Assembly (NCBI GenBank): GCA_028693815.1
Contig: JAQUUP010000010.1
Span: 1 to 62,748 of the forward strand
DNA from: Candidatus Omnitrophota bacterium
Lineage (GTDB): Bacteria; Omnitrophota; Gorgyraeia; Zapsychrales; Aceulaceae
Length of the DNA: 62,748 nucleotides
Direction of reading: 5' to 3'
The position numbers and the translations under genes were made by a program. This document shows, piece by piece, positions 37,982 through 47,611 of the stretch. Positions within the stretch are counted from its first letter, which is position 1. Each line of letters opens with the position of its first letter. The notes below the pieces were generated by a model that made no database searches, was not told the origin of the DNA, and was given only the letters and a program-made list of their open reading frames with translations.

Positions 37982-38555
37982 AAGTCAATCAAAGGCATTG
38001 GATTTTTTTGCTGAGGCAGGACTTCTAAAGCGAGTTAAGCGCAGTGGTTGGTGGGTCGCTGGAATCAAGGATCCAGAGAGCGTGGCTGATCATAGTTTTC
38101 GCTGCGCGATTATGGCGTATTATATCGCTCACTTAGAAGGTGTCGATCCATACAAAGCAATTGTGATGGCGCTTTTTAATGATATTCATGAAGCGCGCAT
38201 TAATGATTTGCATAAAATGGGTCATTATTATATTGATTTTAAAACAGCAGAAAAAAAAGTTTTCGATGATCAGGTTAAGGGTTTAGATAAGAAAGTAAAA
38301 GAAGAATTGTCTCGTTTTCGAAAGTCCTATGATGAGCAAAAGACCAAGGAAAGCTTGGTTGCACGAGATGCGGATATCTTAGAATGTCTTTTGCAGGCAA
38401 AAGAATATATGCAAAACGGACACAAGAAAGCAGAGATCTTCTTAACAAAAGCGCCAGATCTTTTAAAAACTAAGAGTGCTAAGAAAATATGGAATAGTTT
38501 AAAGAAATGGGACAGTGCTTCTTGGTGGCAAAGCGTTGTTAAGTTTGAGCGATAA
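37944..38555 (+). CDS. HD-domain phosphohydrolase (YfbR/COG1896-like)
   Basis: ESVADHSFRCAIMAYYIA, ALFNDIHEARINDL (ND where HD is expected), ARDADILECLLQAKEY. The start is taken at MKSQNKK. Confidence 0.65.
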   Translation: MKSQNKKTKKIVKSQSKALDFFAEAGLLKRVKRSGWWVAGIKDPESVADHSFRCAIMAYYIAHLEGVDPYKAIVMALFNDIHEARINDLHKMGHYYIDFKTAEKKVFDDQVKGLDKKVKEELSRFRKSYDEQKTKESLVARDADILECLLQAKEYMQNGHKKAEIFLTKAPDLLKTKSAKKIWNSLKKWDSASWWQSVVKFER

Positions 38556-39361
38556 TGAGTAATCGTCGATATAAATTCTTATTTTTTACATTTTGTTTTT
38601 TATTGGCATCCTTTAGTTTGGGCGGATGTGCAAGTTTAAAGACGTATAATGCAGCGACCGAGCGTTACGAGTTTGTTTTACTTTCACCTCAAGACGAGGT
38701 TTCGATCGGGTATGATTCGAACAAAAGCATTATCAAGGAATATAAACTTTCGTCTGACAAAGATAAGCAGAGACGCCTTGATGAGATTGGAAGACGTTTA
38801 GTCAATGTTTTAGAGAAAAAGATATATCCATATCATTTTTTCTTAATTGAAAAAGATGAGCTTAATGCTTTTACGACACCTGGCGGGTATATTTATTTCT
38901 TTACAGGGTTATTTGATAAATTAAAAACAGATGATGCGATTGCCTCTGTAGTGGCGCATGAATTGGGTCATAATTCTGCTCGGCATATTGCAAAGAAGTT
39001 TCAGGCAGCGTTAGGATATAATGTTGCGGGGTCAATTATCTTTTCAATGGTGGATATGGGCGGAGATTTCTCGACTCAGATTGCTTCGATGTCTGCTGGA
39101 GTTTTGATGAATATCGTTTCTGCGTCATTTAGTCGTCAAGATGAATACGAAGCAGATCGATTGGGCGTTAAGTATATGTTCTTGGCAGGATATGACCTCA
39201 ATGGTATCATAGAATCATTCGAGATTTTATTAAAGGAATCAAAGGGGTCAAGCGTTCCGCTGTGGCTTCGAACACATCCCTTTGTTGAAGATCGAATTGA
39301 GTCGGTGAAAGAAGAAATTGTTTTTGCGCCGTATCGATATAATGGCAATACAGAGAAATAA
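38555..39361 (+). CDS. M48-family zinc metalloprotease lipoprotein
   Basis: Lipobox SLGGC, HELGHNSARH (HExxH), distal EYEADRLG. Confidence 0.8.
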   Translation: MSNRRYKFLFFTFCFLLASFSLGGCASLKTYNAATERYEFVLLSPQDEVSIGYDSNKSIIKEYKLSSDKDKQRRLDEIGRRLVNVLEKKIYPYHFFLIEKDELNAFTTPGGYIYFFTGLFDKLKTDDAIASVVAHELGHNSARHIAKKFQAALGYNVAGSIIFSMVDMGGDFSTQIASMSAGVLMNIVSASFSRQDEYEADRLGVKYMFLAGYDLNGIIESFEILLKESKGSSVPLWLRTHPFVEDRIESVKEEIVFAPYRYNGNTEK

Positions 39362-39385
39362 TTAAAATAGGAAAAAGAGGGCTCT

Positions 39386-39679
39386 ATGCAAAGAATCGGA
39401 ATTGCCGCAAGTAAAATTGCCAAAGGAAATCTTTTTTTGTATAATTTTTTCGTTATTTTGTTATCGTTTCTATTGTCACTTCTTGTTTTTATTATCTCTG
39501 GGTTACTTATTTTTCTTGGTCTTCTTGCGATTGCTTATTTAACACAGATGCCTATTATTGTTGATTTACAAAAAGGAAACATTTCTCCGATTTCAATTTG
39601 CATGATGTTTTTAGGGATCGTTATCGGAATATTTAATTTATATGCTATTGGCATTAATGTAAAAATTAAAAGGAATTAA
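39386..39679 (+). CDS. Small 3-TM membrane protein, unknown function
   Basis: 97 aa and highly hydrophobic. It ends 3 nt before the TM-less hybrid kinase. Confidence 0.5.
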   Translation: MQRIGIAASKIAKGNLFLYNFFVILLSFLLSLLVFIISGLLIFLGLLAIAYLTQMPIIVDLQKGNISPISICMMFLGIVIGIFNLYAIGINVKIKRN

Positions 39680-39682
39680 AGA

Positions 39683-41245
39683 ATGATTGAAATGAATACG
39701 AAGCTTAAAGATCTTGTTAATAATTTAGAGATTGGTATTTTTCGTTATTCCTTAGATTCTCGAGGTAAATTTGTCTTTGCCAATGCTGCTTTTTCTCGTA
39801 TGCTCAACAAGAAAACAGAAGATGTTTTAGGGATAAGTTTTCAGGATATTTGTGAGAATCCAGAGGAGCTTACGCGTTTAAACACAAAGATTTGTTCTCA
39901 GGGACGTGTTGAGAATGAATGGATTGGATTAAAGAGAGAAGATGGAAGTCTGATTCAGTGCTCGATTAAAGCGGTGCTGGTAAAAGATGACAACGAAAAA
40001 GATCTTTTGATTGATGGAATTATCGAGGATATTACAGAGCACAAAAAGGCCCGTGAAGGTCTTTTGCAGGCAAAATTGGCTGCCGAAGAAGCGAGTAGTG
40101 CAAAAAGTATGTTTTTGGCAAACATGTCTCACGAAGTCAGAACACCGATGAATGCGGTTATCGGTATGCTTGATTTGACGCTTGAAACAGATTTGACTGA
40201 CGATCAAAAAGATAATATAGAAACCGCAAAAGAAGCTGCGGACAATCTTTTAAGTCTTTTAAATGATATTTTAGATATTTCTCGTGTTGAGGCAGGGAAG
40301 ATTGTTCTAGAGAAGGTTAAATTTGATTTGTGGAAAGTCACCGATAGCGTTGGCAAAGGCTTGTCGGTTCTTGCCAACAAAAAAAATATTCAGCTAACGG
40401 TTAATGTTGATCCAAAGGTTCCAAGGATGATTGTTGGAGATTCGACACGTCTCCGTCAGATTATTATTAATTTGCTTAACAATGCTATAAAGTTTACAGC
40501 CAAAGGGAGCGTTGAGCTGAAAGTAGGCGTGGCAAGTTCTCTTGAAGGTGAAGTTGAATTACTTTTTTCTGTTACGGATACTGGGATTGGGATACCAAAA
40601 GATAAGCAGCAGGCGATTTTTGAAGTTTTTACTCAAGCCGATGCGTCAACAACAAGAAAATTTGGCGGAACAGGGTTGGGATTGGCTATTTCTCGTAAGT
40701 TAGTTGAAATGATGTCAGGAAAGATTTGGATTGAAAGTGAAGAAGGCGTTGGAAGCACGTTCTTTTTTACAGCACGATTTGATGTAAGTGATCAGTTACA
40801 AACGCAAGATGAAAAAGAACACAAAAAGGTTTTTGTCCAGGGCAAGGAGCCTGTAACGAAGGCAGCAAGAATTCTAAATATTTTACTTGCAGAAGACAAT
40901 CCTTTAAATCAAAAGATTGCTGTTAAGCTTTTGGAAAAAAAAGGATGGCTTGTCGAGGTTGTTGATAATGGGCAAAAAGCGATTGATCATATTGTCGATA
41001 AAAATTTTGATGTTATTTTAATGGATGTTCAGATGCCTGTTTTAGATGGGCTGGAGGCAACAAAAAAAATCCGTGAACAAGAAAAACAAACCGGCAAGCA
41101 TATCCCGATTTTGGCCATGACAGCGCGCGCCATGGTTGAAGATGAAAAAAAATGTATAGAATCTGGTATGGATGGATATATTCCAAAGCCAATCGATGCA
41201 GTTAAAATGTATTCGATCATCGAACAAGTTTTAGAAAAAGGATAA
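39683..41245 (+). CDS. Hybrid sensor histidine kinase / response regulator (PAS-HisKA-HATPase-REC), no TM segment
   Basis: SHEVRTPMNAV H-box, NLLNNAIKFT N-box, DTGIGI, GGTGLGLAIS, receiver domain with DVILMDVQMPVLDG. Confidence 0.9.
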   Translation: MIEMNTKLKDLVNNLEIGIFRYSLDSRGKFVFANAAFSRMLNKKTEDVLGISFQDICENPEELTRLNTKICSQGRVENEWIGLKREDGSLIQCSIKAVLVKDDNEKDLLIDGIIEDITEHKKAREGLLQAKLAAEEASSAKSMFLANMSHEVRTPMNAVIGMLDLTLETDLTDDQKDNIETAKEAADNLLSLLNDILDISRVEAGKIVLEKVKFDLWKVTDSVGKGLSVLANKKNIQLTVNVDPKVPRMIVGDSTRLRQIIINLLNNAIKFTAKGSVELKVGVASSLEGEVELLFSVTDTGIGIPKDKQQAIFEVFTQADASTTRKFGGTGLGLAISRKLVEMMSGKIWIESEEGVGSTFFFTARFDVSDQLQTQDEKEHKKVFVQGKEPVTKAARILNILLAEDNPLNQKIAVKLLEKKGWLVEVVDNGQKAIDHIVDKNFDVILMDVQMPVLDGLEATKKIREQEKQTGKHIPILAMTARAMVEDEKKCIESGMDGYIPKPIDAVKMYSIIEQVLEKG

Positions 41246-41249
41246 TATC

Positions 41250-41600
41250 ATGAGCGAACAGATTATTGACCTAGATGATGTTTTAGGGCGCATTCAAGGA
41301 GACAAAGAGCTTTTAGTGGAGTTGATCGAAATTTTCTTAGATGATTGCCCTCAGAAAATAAACGATATCAAAGAATGCGTAGAGCGTGGAAATCTTGATC
41401 AATTGTCTGAAGCGGCACATTCGGCCAAAGGCGCTGCTGCTAATATTGGCGCAAAAAAACTTTGGAAAACATTTCTTGAGGCAGAAGAAGCTGCCAAATC
41501 TGGCGCAATTGATCAATTTGAAGAAATGATTGTAAGAATAGATCAAGAATTTGATGAATTAAAGCAATATTTTCCAGAGCTTAAAGAAAAATTGGCTTAA
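41250..41600 (+). CDS. Hpt-domain phosphotransfer protein
   Basis: 116 aa with EAAHSAKGAAANIGA phospho-His motif. Confidence 0.85.
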   Translation: MSEQIIDLDDVLGRIQGDKELLVELIEIFLDDCPQKINDIKECVERGNLDQLSEAAHSAKGAAANIGAKKLWKTFLEAEEAAKSGAIDQFEEMIVRIDQEFDELKQYFPELKEKLA

Positions 41601-41709
41601 AGTAGTGTTGGACTGCTTTTTGCATTAACAATAAAATCCTTTCTGATTGACTCACATAATTTTAAAATAAATCTTCATATATTTTTGTTTAATTTATCGT
41701 ATAATTGCA

Positions 41710-43563
41710 GTGGAACACTTGTTGCAAGGAGAATTATTGCAAAATATCACTTTAAGAATAAATGCCTTTTTTGAATCTCTGACATCGCTAAAAGTATTCT
41801 TGATCTTATTAGCCTTAGGGGCTGTGGCATATCTTCAGACGATGTGGTATTCTTTTGTCCACGATGACTTTGTTTTTATTGTTGGAAATCCTGATATTGG
41901 ACGGCTTGATGATTTGAAAGAAGTTTTTTTGAGATCATCAAGATTTGAAGGCGGCTCTCCAATCGTTAATTTATATTACCGACCTATCCTAGATATTGTT
42001 TATAAAATTCAATATTATCTTTTTGGATCTTATCCATCTGGATATCATTTGACAAATGTCTTTCTTCATATTTTCAATAGTTTTTTTATTTTCTGGATTG
42101 TTCGTTTTCTTTTAAAAGAAAAAAAGATTGCGTTAATTGGCGCAACCCTATTTTTGCTTCATCCAGTTCAAACAGAAAGTGTTTGCGCTATCGCTGGAAT
42201 TTCTAATCTTTTAATGACTTTGTTTTGCTTGTTGGGTTTTGTTTTTTATCTGCGCAGCGGCAACTGTTCGACAAGAACAAAACGAAGTTGGCTGTATATG
42301 GGGTCTATTTTGTTTTTTGTTCTCTCGCTTTTCACAAAAGAAAGGGCGATTGTTTTTCCTTTGTTAATTTTGTGTTATGAGTTTTGTCGGGTAAATTTTA
42401 AAGTGAGATTAAGACAAATAAAAGAAATTGGATTCAGGTGTGTTGCGTTTTTTGTTGTTTTGTTAGGATATTTTAAGTTTCGAAGTATTGTTCTTGGAAA
42501 GTCTCTTCCAGATTTTGCCTCCAATACTCAAGAGCTTTGGCTAAGGATCGCATCTATTCCGGAAACACTTTTGGTTTATTTTGGGATTCTTGTTTTTCCG
42601 TCGAATTTGCATTATTACCGAAGCCAAGATATTCTTCTGTATTCTGTTTTCTCGACGCTTGGATTGATAGCAGTGCTTTTGTTGTTGCTTTATGTTGTAA
42701 AATTTTTCTTTAAAGAAGAGCGGCAAATTGCACTGTTTGGTTTGGGTTGGTTTTTTATTAGCCTTTTACCGGTTTTAAATATTGTTCCTTTGATTAATGA
42801 ATATTCGATTATTCTAACTTCGGAGCATTTTTTGTATTTTTCATTTCTTGGTTTTGTTCTTTTTTTGATGACTTTGCTAAAAGTGTTGCAGCAAAGAATT
42901 TTTCTGAGAAACTTTCGTGGTATTTCTTATGGTTTTTTTATTGCAATTCTTTTGATTTTTTCTGTTTTGACAATACATCAGAGCCGTTATTGGCGAGGAG
43001 AAATTCCTCTTTTTAAAAGAACTCTTCAATTTGAAGAAAATCTTGGGCGCGTTCGTATTCTTTTGGCTCGTGCGTATTATTTTGATCATTCATATGATAA
43101 GGCGATTATAGAATACCAAAGAGCTCTTAAAATTATGCAAGAATATATGATGAAGGCCGCAGGAACAAAAGCCGAGAGTTTTTATCTTAATTTTATTAAG
43201 GAGATTCATTTTGATTTAGCGCATTGTTATGAAGGAAAAAAGGACTTTGAGCGTTCCATTGAAGAATATCGACAGGTATTAGCCATTGACCCGAATGATT
43301 TTAAGATTTATACCAATATTGGGGTTAGCTATTTTCATATGAAGGATTTTGATAATGCGATTTTATATTTTAATAAAACGCTTGAAGCTGACCCTGCTAA
43401 TATAGGTGTGCTTAATAATTTAGCTTTTTGCTATATGGAAAAGAATGATTTGTTAAAAGCAAAAGAGATTTTGGAAGAAATTTCACGTATTGATTCTAGT
43501 TCTGAGTTGCCACAGGATCGTTTAAAGAAAATGATGGATTCTCAAAAGAGAGAAAAGAAGTGA
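41710..43563 (+). CDS. Multi-pass membrane protein with C-terminal TPR repeats (TMTC/DUF1736-like putative glycosyltransferase)
   Basis: About 10 hydrophobic segments including FVHDDFVFIVGNP and HPVQTESV motifs, then TPR-like repeats. A more likely start is TTG 41737, 5 nt after AAGGAG. A TATAAT lies at 41700-41705. Confidence 0.7.
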   Translation: MEHLLQGELLQNITLRINAFFESLTSLKVFLILLALGAVAYLQTMWYSFVHDDFVFIVGNPDIGRLDDLKEVFLRSSRFEGGSPIVNLYYRPILDIVYKIQYYLFGSYPSGYHLTNVFLHIFNSFFIFWIVRFLLKEKKIALIGATLFLLHPVQTESVCAIAGISNLLMTLFCLLGFVFYLRSGNCSTRTKRSWLYMGSILFFVLSLFTKERAIVFPLLILCYEFCRVNFKVRLRQIKEIGFRCVAFFVVLLGYFKFRSIVLGKSLPDFASNTQELWLRIASIPETLLVYFGILVFPSNLHYYRSQDILLYSVFSTLGLIAVLLLLLYVVKFFFKEERQIALFGLGWFFISLLPVLNIVPLINEYSIILTSEHFLYFSFLGFVLFLMTLLKVLQQRIFLRNFRGISYGFFIAILLIFSVLTIHQSRYWRGEIPLFKRTLQFEENLGRVRILLARAYYFDHSYDKAIIEYQRALKIMQEYMMKAAGTKAESFYLNFIKEIHFDLAHCYEGKKDFERSIEEYRQVLAIDPNDFKIYTNIGVSYFHMKDFDNAILYFNKTLEADPANIGVLNNLAFCYMEKNDLLKAKEILEEISRIDSSSELPQDRLKKMMDSQKREKK

Positions 43564-43566
43564 TTT

Positions 43567-44319
43567 TTAAGGTTGCGTAAAGCGTTGCTTGTTTGATTTG
43601 AATCCTTCAGGCCCCAGAATTTTTAAGGCCATTTCATCTTTATCTATCCCTGCATCAAAATCGTATTCAATAATGGCCAAAACTTGCAAGACAAATTCAA
43701 AGGGATTTTCTAGCATTTGCGGACTTTCTTGTGCCATGCCGTCAATCATGTCGACGTAGAATTCAGGAGATTTCTTGATAATAACACCTTTTTCTCTAAA
43801 GAAATCAATATAGCTTGCAACGATAAATAGTTTTGGTTCGATATCTGCGATTAGAGGCCATGCTTTGCTTGAGGTCTCGAGCGCCGTTAAAACATCTGAC
43901 ATATCAGCGACTTCGACAATTTCTGAATCATCAACAATTTCAATTTCTTTTTGGATGGGGATGTCCATCTCAAGTTCAATTCCTTGAGACCTTAGTTGCT
44001 GTTCTATGATAGCTTGTTGCATTGCGGCTCCCTGTACTGCCGCTTGTTGCATCGCGACTCCTTGCATTATTTGCTGATCTATGATGGCTTGCTGCATCAC
44101 GGCTTGCTGTATCGCGGCTCCTTGTACGGCTTGGACTGCCGCTTGTTGCATCGCGGTTCCTTGGACTGCGGCTTGCTGCATCATTTGCTGTTCCATCATA
44201 CCTTGTTGCATTGCAGCTTCTCGTGCAGCTTGCTGTTGCTTCATGGCAACAACGCCGCCGGCATAGGAGAAAGAATAAAAAAAGAACAGAAATAGGATCG
44301 CTAAAATTATTTTTTTCAT
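43567..44319 (-). CDS. Secreted protein with a Met/Gln/Ala-rich repeat region and an acidic C-terminal domain, unknown function
   Basis: Signal peptide MKKIILAILFLFFFYSFSYA, then about 95 aa of AMQQAAVQG-type repeats. ATGA overlap with the metF stop. Confidence 0.65.
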   Translation of the reverse strand: MKKIILAILFLFFFYSFSYAGGVVAMKQQQAAREAAMQQGMMEQQMMQQAAVQGTAMQQAAVQAVQGAAIQQAVMQQAIIDQQIMQGVAMQQAAVQGAAMQQAIIEQQLRSQGIELEMDIPIQKEIEIVDDSEIVEVADMSDVLTALETSSKAWPLIADIEPKLFIVASYIDFFREKGVIIKKSPEFYVDMIDGMAQESPQMLENPFEFVLQVLAIIEYDFDAGIDKDEMALKILGPEGFKSNKQRFTQP

Positions 44320-45194
44320 TTATTTTCTTTTATTTGAGAAAGGATTTTGTTAATAGGATAAAGTTTGTTGAGCGTATAAAAATGAATTCCTGGGGCACCT
44401 TTTTCGAGTAAATCTTGGCATTGTTTGACACAAAAATCAATGCCTTTTTCTAAAACAACATCTTTGTTTTCTGCAATAGGAGAAAAAATTTCATCAACGG
44501 CCTTCGGAATGCTTGTTCCGCAAGTTTTGCAAAAACGCGATACGCCGATATAGTCTGTAATCGGCAGAATTCCAGGAATAACGCGATTTTTAATGCCTAA
44601 GTCACGAAGACGTTTGACATAATCAAAATAGTCTTTGTTGTCAAAAAAAAGTTGCGTGATGATGTAATCGGCGCCGGAATCAATTTTCTTCTTTAGATAT
44701 TGCGCATCTAGTTCTTTGTTGGGACATAAAATGTGCCCTTCGGGAAAGCCTGCAACGCCGATAGAAAAATAATCTTGATATTGCTTGCGCGTAAAATCGC
44801 AAAGTTCATAAGCATACTTAAAGTTATCTTTTGTTGGCTGCCAGTCAGGATTGTCTTTTGGCGAATCCCCGCGCAGGGCTAGAATATTTTGAATATCGCG
44901 CTTCTGGATGTCTCCTAAGATATTTTGTATTTCGCTCTTTGTATTTAAAACACAGGTTAGATGAGCAACTCCTGGGATGTGATGTTCTTTTTCAATATGC
45001 TCAACAATGTCCAAAGTCTTGTTACGGCTTCCACCACCAGCTCCATAAGTGCAGGAGATAAAATCTGGCTTTAGGTCTGCCAAAGATTCAATGGTTTTAA
45101 GCAGATTTTGGTAGCCTTGATCTGTTTTTGGCGGAAAAAGCTCAAAAGAGAATGTTTTTTCTTTGTTTTTAAATATTTCGGTTACTTTTTTCAT
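44316..45194 (-). CDS. metF: 5,10-methylenetetrahydrofolate reductase
   Basis: FSFELFPPKT, CTYGAGGGS, HLTC, GFPEGH, ITQLFFD. The start is taken at MKKVTEIF (ATG 45194). Alternatives are ATG 45206 and TTG 45233 (track ORF). Confidence 0.9.
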   Translation of the reverse strand: MKKVTEIFKNKEKTFSFELFPPKTDQGYQNLLKTIESLADLKPDFISCTYGAGGGSRNKTLDIVEHIEKEHHIPGVAHLTCVLNTKSEIQNILGDIQKRDIQNILALRGDSPKDNPDWQPTKDNFKYAYELCDFTRKQYQDYFSIGVAGFPEGHILCPNKELDAQYLKKKIDSGADYIITQLFFDNKDYFDYVKRLRDLGIKNRVIPGILPITDYIGVSRFCKTCGTSIPKAVDEIFSPIAENKDVVLEKGIDFCVKQCQDLLEKGAPGIHFYTLNKLYPINKILSQIKENK

Positions 45195-45204
45195 AACAGT
45201 CTGC

Positions 45205-45233
45205 ATTATAACATGCTTATGGCTTTGCGGCAA
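45205..45233 (-). promoter_or_regulatory. Putative metF promoter giving a nearly leaderless mRNA
   Basis: On the minus strand: TTGCCG, 17-nt spacer, TATAAT, then 10 nt to ATG 45194 with no RBS. Confidence 0.45.
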
Positions 45234-45237
45234 TTTA

Positions 45238-45267
45238 TTGTGACATTTTTAGAATATTTGCTATAAT
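45238..45267 (+). promoter_or_regulatory. Putative rfbA promoter, back-to-back with the metF promoter
   Basis: TTGTGA (45238-45243), 18-nt spacer containing TGc, TATAAT (45262-45267). Confidence 0.45.
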
Positions 45268-45329
45268 AATCGCCGTATTACTAATATTCAAATATTAATA
45301 TATATATTCAAAAAAAGCGAGGTGGCGTT

Positions 45330-46199
45330 ATGAAGGGAATTATTTTAGCTGGAGGTAAAGCCACACGACTGTACCCGATTACAAAAAGTATTTCCAAGCA
45401 ACTTCTTCCTATTTACGACAAACCAATGATTTATTATCCTTTGTCTGTTTTGATGTTAGCGGGCATCAAAGATATTCTGATTATTTCTACTCCAGAGGCC
45501 TTGGGTAGTTTTAAGGCTCTTTTGGGAGATGGAAAAGACTTAGGAATAGATTTAAGTTATGCAGCGCAGCCAAAACCAGGGGGCATTGGACAAGCCTTTC
45601 TTATTGGAGAAGAGTATATTGCCGGAGAAAATGTTTGTCTTGTTTTAGGAGATAATCTTTTTTATGGAGATCATCTTTCGATGGCTCTTCAAAAGGCGAC
45701 AAAGAAAAAACAAGGAGCGACTATTTTTGGATATCTCGTTAATAACCCAGAAGAATATGGGGTGATCGCTCTGGATAAAAATAAAAAAGTTATTTCGATT
45801 GAAGAAAAACCAAAAAAACCAAAATCTCATTGGGTGGTCACGGGACTTTATTTTTATGATCAAGACATCGTAAAAATTGCTAAAAATACAAAGCCATCTA
45901 AAAGAGGCGAGATAGAGATTACGGATATTAACAAGGCGTATTTAAAGCGTAAAAATTTAGATGTTCAGTTTCTAGGGCGAGGATGTGCCTGGTTGGATAC
46001 CGGAACATATGAGTCATTGATTGAGGCTTCGCTTTTCATTAAGACAATTCAAGAGCGTCAGGGATTAAAGATCGGATGCATTGAAGAGGTTGCGTACCGT
46101 ATGAAATTTATTTCTAGAGAACAGCTAGAAAAATTATCGCGAGGGTTTAAGACAGAATATGGATCCTATCTCAAGCGACTTGCCCAAGGAGATAAATAA
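45330..46199 (+). CDS. rfbA: Glucose-1-phosphate thymidylyltransferase
   Basis: [58 protein letters not shown]. Confidence 0.95.
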   Translation: MKGIILAGGKATRLYPITKSISKQLLPIYDKPMIYYPLSVLMLAGIKDILIISTPEALGSFKALLGDGKDLGIDLSYAAQPKPGGIGQAFLIGEEYIAGENVCLVLGDNLFYGDHLSMALQKATKKKQGATIFGYLVNNPEEYGVIALDKNKKVISIEEKPKKPKSHWVVTGLYFYDQDIVKIAKNTKPSKRGEIEITDINKAYLKRKNLDVQFLGRGCAWLDTGTYESLIEASLFIKTIQERQGLKIGCIEEVAYRMKFISREQLEKLSRGFKTEYGSYLKRLAQGDK

Positions 46200-46203
46200 T
46201 ATT

Positions 46204-46764
46204 ATGCCATTTATTTTTAAGAAATTAGAAATTCCAGAGGTTATTCTTGTTGAGCCAGAAATATTTGGTGATTCTCGAGGGTTTTTTGTCGAGCTTTATA
46301 AAAAAACAGATTTCTCAAAACAAGGCATTGATGCCCCGATTGCTCAAGTCAGTTATTCTCGCTCAACGAAAAATGTTTTGCGAGGTCTTCATTATCAAAA
46401 AAATCCTTTTGCGCAAAGTAAGCTGGTGCGAGCCGTTAAGGGAGAAATTTTTGATGTGGCTGTTGATATTCGAAAAGGGTCGCCAACCTTTGGCCAGTGG
46501 GTCGCAGCGTACCTTGATTCTAAAAAGATGAACATGCTCTATATCCCCGAGGGTTTTGCCCATGGATTTTTGACATTGTCGACTGAGGCTGAAGTGGAAT
46601 ATTGTTGTTCGAAAGAATATTGTCCTGAAAGTGAAGCCGGTATTATTTATAATGATCCAGCAATAAATATCGCCTGGCCCGAGGCCAGCCCCAAATTATC
46701 AAACAAAGATTTGACATATCCGTATTTCGAAGAGGCAGAGAATAATTTTGTTTTTGAAAAATAA
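46204..46764 (+). CDS. rfbC: dTDP-4-dehydrorhamnose 3,5-epimerase
   Basis: FGDSRGFF, RGLHYQ, KLVRAVKGEIFDVAVDIR, YIPEGFAHGF. Confidence 0.9.
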   Translation: MPFIFKKLEIPEVILVEPEIFGDSRGFFVELYKKTDFSKQGIDAPIAQVSYSRSTKNVLRGLHYQKNPFAQSKLVRAVKGEIFDVAVDIRKGSPTFGQWVAAYLDSKKMNMLYIPEGFAHGFLTLSTEAEVEYCCSKEYCPESEAGIIYNDPAINIAWPEASPKLSNKDLTYPYFEEAENNFVFEK

Positions 46765-47611
46765 AGTTTTAATTACCGGTGGACTAGGTCAGCTAGGAAT
46801 CGCTTTCCAAGAGCGATTTCTAAAAGATCGCGTTGATTTTTGTTCAGCGGATAAGCAAGATTTTGATATTTCTGATATTGATCAAGCCCAAGAGCTTATT
46901 AAGCAGACTCGGCCAGATTTTATTGTCAATTGCGCGGCCTATAATCTGGTGGACAAAGCTGAAGATGACCCAAAAGAGGCATTTTTAGTTAATCGTGAGG
47001 GAGTAAAGAATTTAGCTCTTTTGTGTCGCGAAAAGGGGATCTTTCTTGTTCATTACGGAACGGATTATATTTTTGATGGCAAAAAAGGAAAACCTTATAC
47101 AGAAGAAGATGCGTCTAATCCCCTTAATCAATATGGCATTAGTAAATTGGCTGGCGAGAAAGCGGTTGAAGAAATTCTAAGTGATTATTTGATTTTTCGC
47201 GTTAGCTGGGTGTTTGGCAAGGGCAAGCAGAATTTTCTGTACAAGCTTAATGAATGGGTGCAAAAAAGCAATGCTCTTCAAATTACAGATGATGAAATTT
47301 CTGTTCCGACATCAGTGGATGATATTGTTGAGGGAACAATGCGAGCGATGAAGAAGAGTTTAGTTGGGCTTTATCACATGCCGAATAGCGGGCTTTGTTC
47401 TCGTTATGAGTGGGCAAAGTATTTCTTTGAGAGAATGCAAAAGAAGATTGATATCAAGCCTGTTTCGCTGGAAAGTTTTAATTTAAAAGCAAAAAGACCA
47501 AAGTTTTCTGCCATGTCCAACGAGAAGGTTTGCCAGCTTTTGAATTGGAACATGCCAAGCTGGCAGAAATCTGTTGAGAGCTTTATTAGTTTAAAACAAG
47601 GCAAATATTAA
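46748..47611 (+). CDS. rfbD: dTDP-4-dehydrorhamnose reductase
   Basis: VLITGGLGQLG, NCAAYNLVDKAE, VHYGTDYIFDG, YGISKLAGE. Confidence 0.9.
   Translation: MFLKNKVLITGGLGQLGIAFQERFLKDRVDFCSADKQDFDISDIDQAQELIKQTRPDFIVNCAAYNLVDKAEDDPKEAFLVNREGVKNLALLCREKGIFLVHYGTDYIFDGKKGKPYTEEDASNPLNQYGISKLAGEKAVEEILSDYLIFRVSWVFGKGKQNFLYKLNEWVQKSNALQITDDEISVPTSVDDIVEGTMRAMKKSLVGLYHMPNSGLCSRYEWAKYFFERMQKKIDIKPVSLESFNLKAKRPKFSAMSNEKVCQLLNWNMPSWQKSVESFISLKQGKY

Noticed and set aside
41700-41740. TATAAT only 4 nt before the GTG start given for the TPR membrane protein, considered as evidence for a leaderless gene.
   Set aside because: An in-frame TTG at 41737 preceded by AAGGAG at optimal spacing is a simpler explanation. 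The GTG 41710 start is probably just the longest-ORF artefact.
43996-44295. Plus-strand ORFs (99 and 61 aa) rich in Leu/Cys/His, antisense to the Met/Gln repeat region. The periodic DNA repeats also looked superficially array-like.
   Set aside because: The periodicity comes from degenerate in-frame coding repeats (AMQQAAVQG units) of the minus-strand secreted protein. There are no unique spacers of constant length, so this is not a CRISPR array, and the antisense ORFs are a by-product of the repeat.
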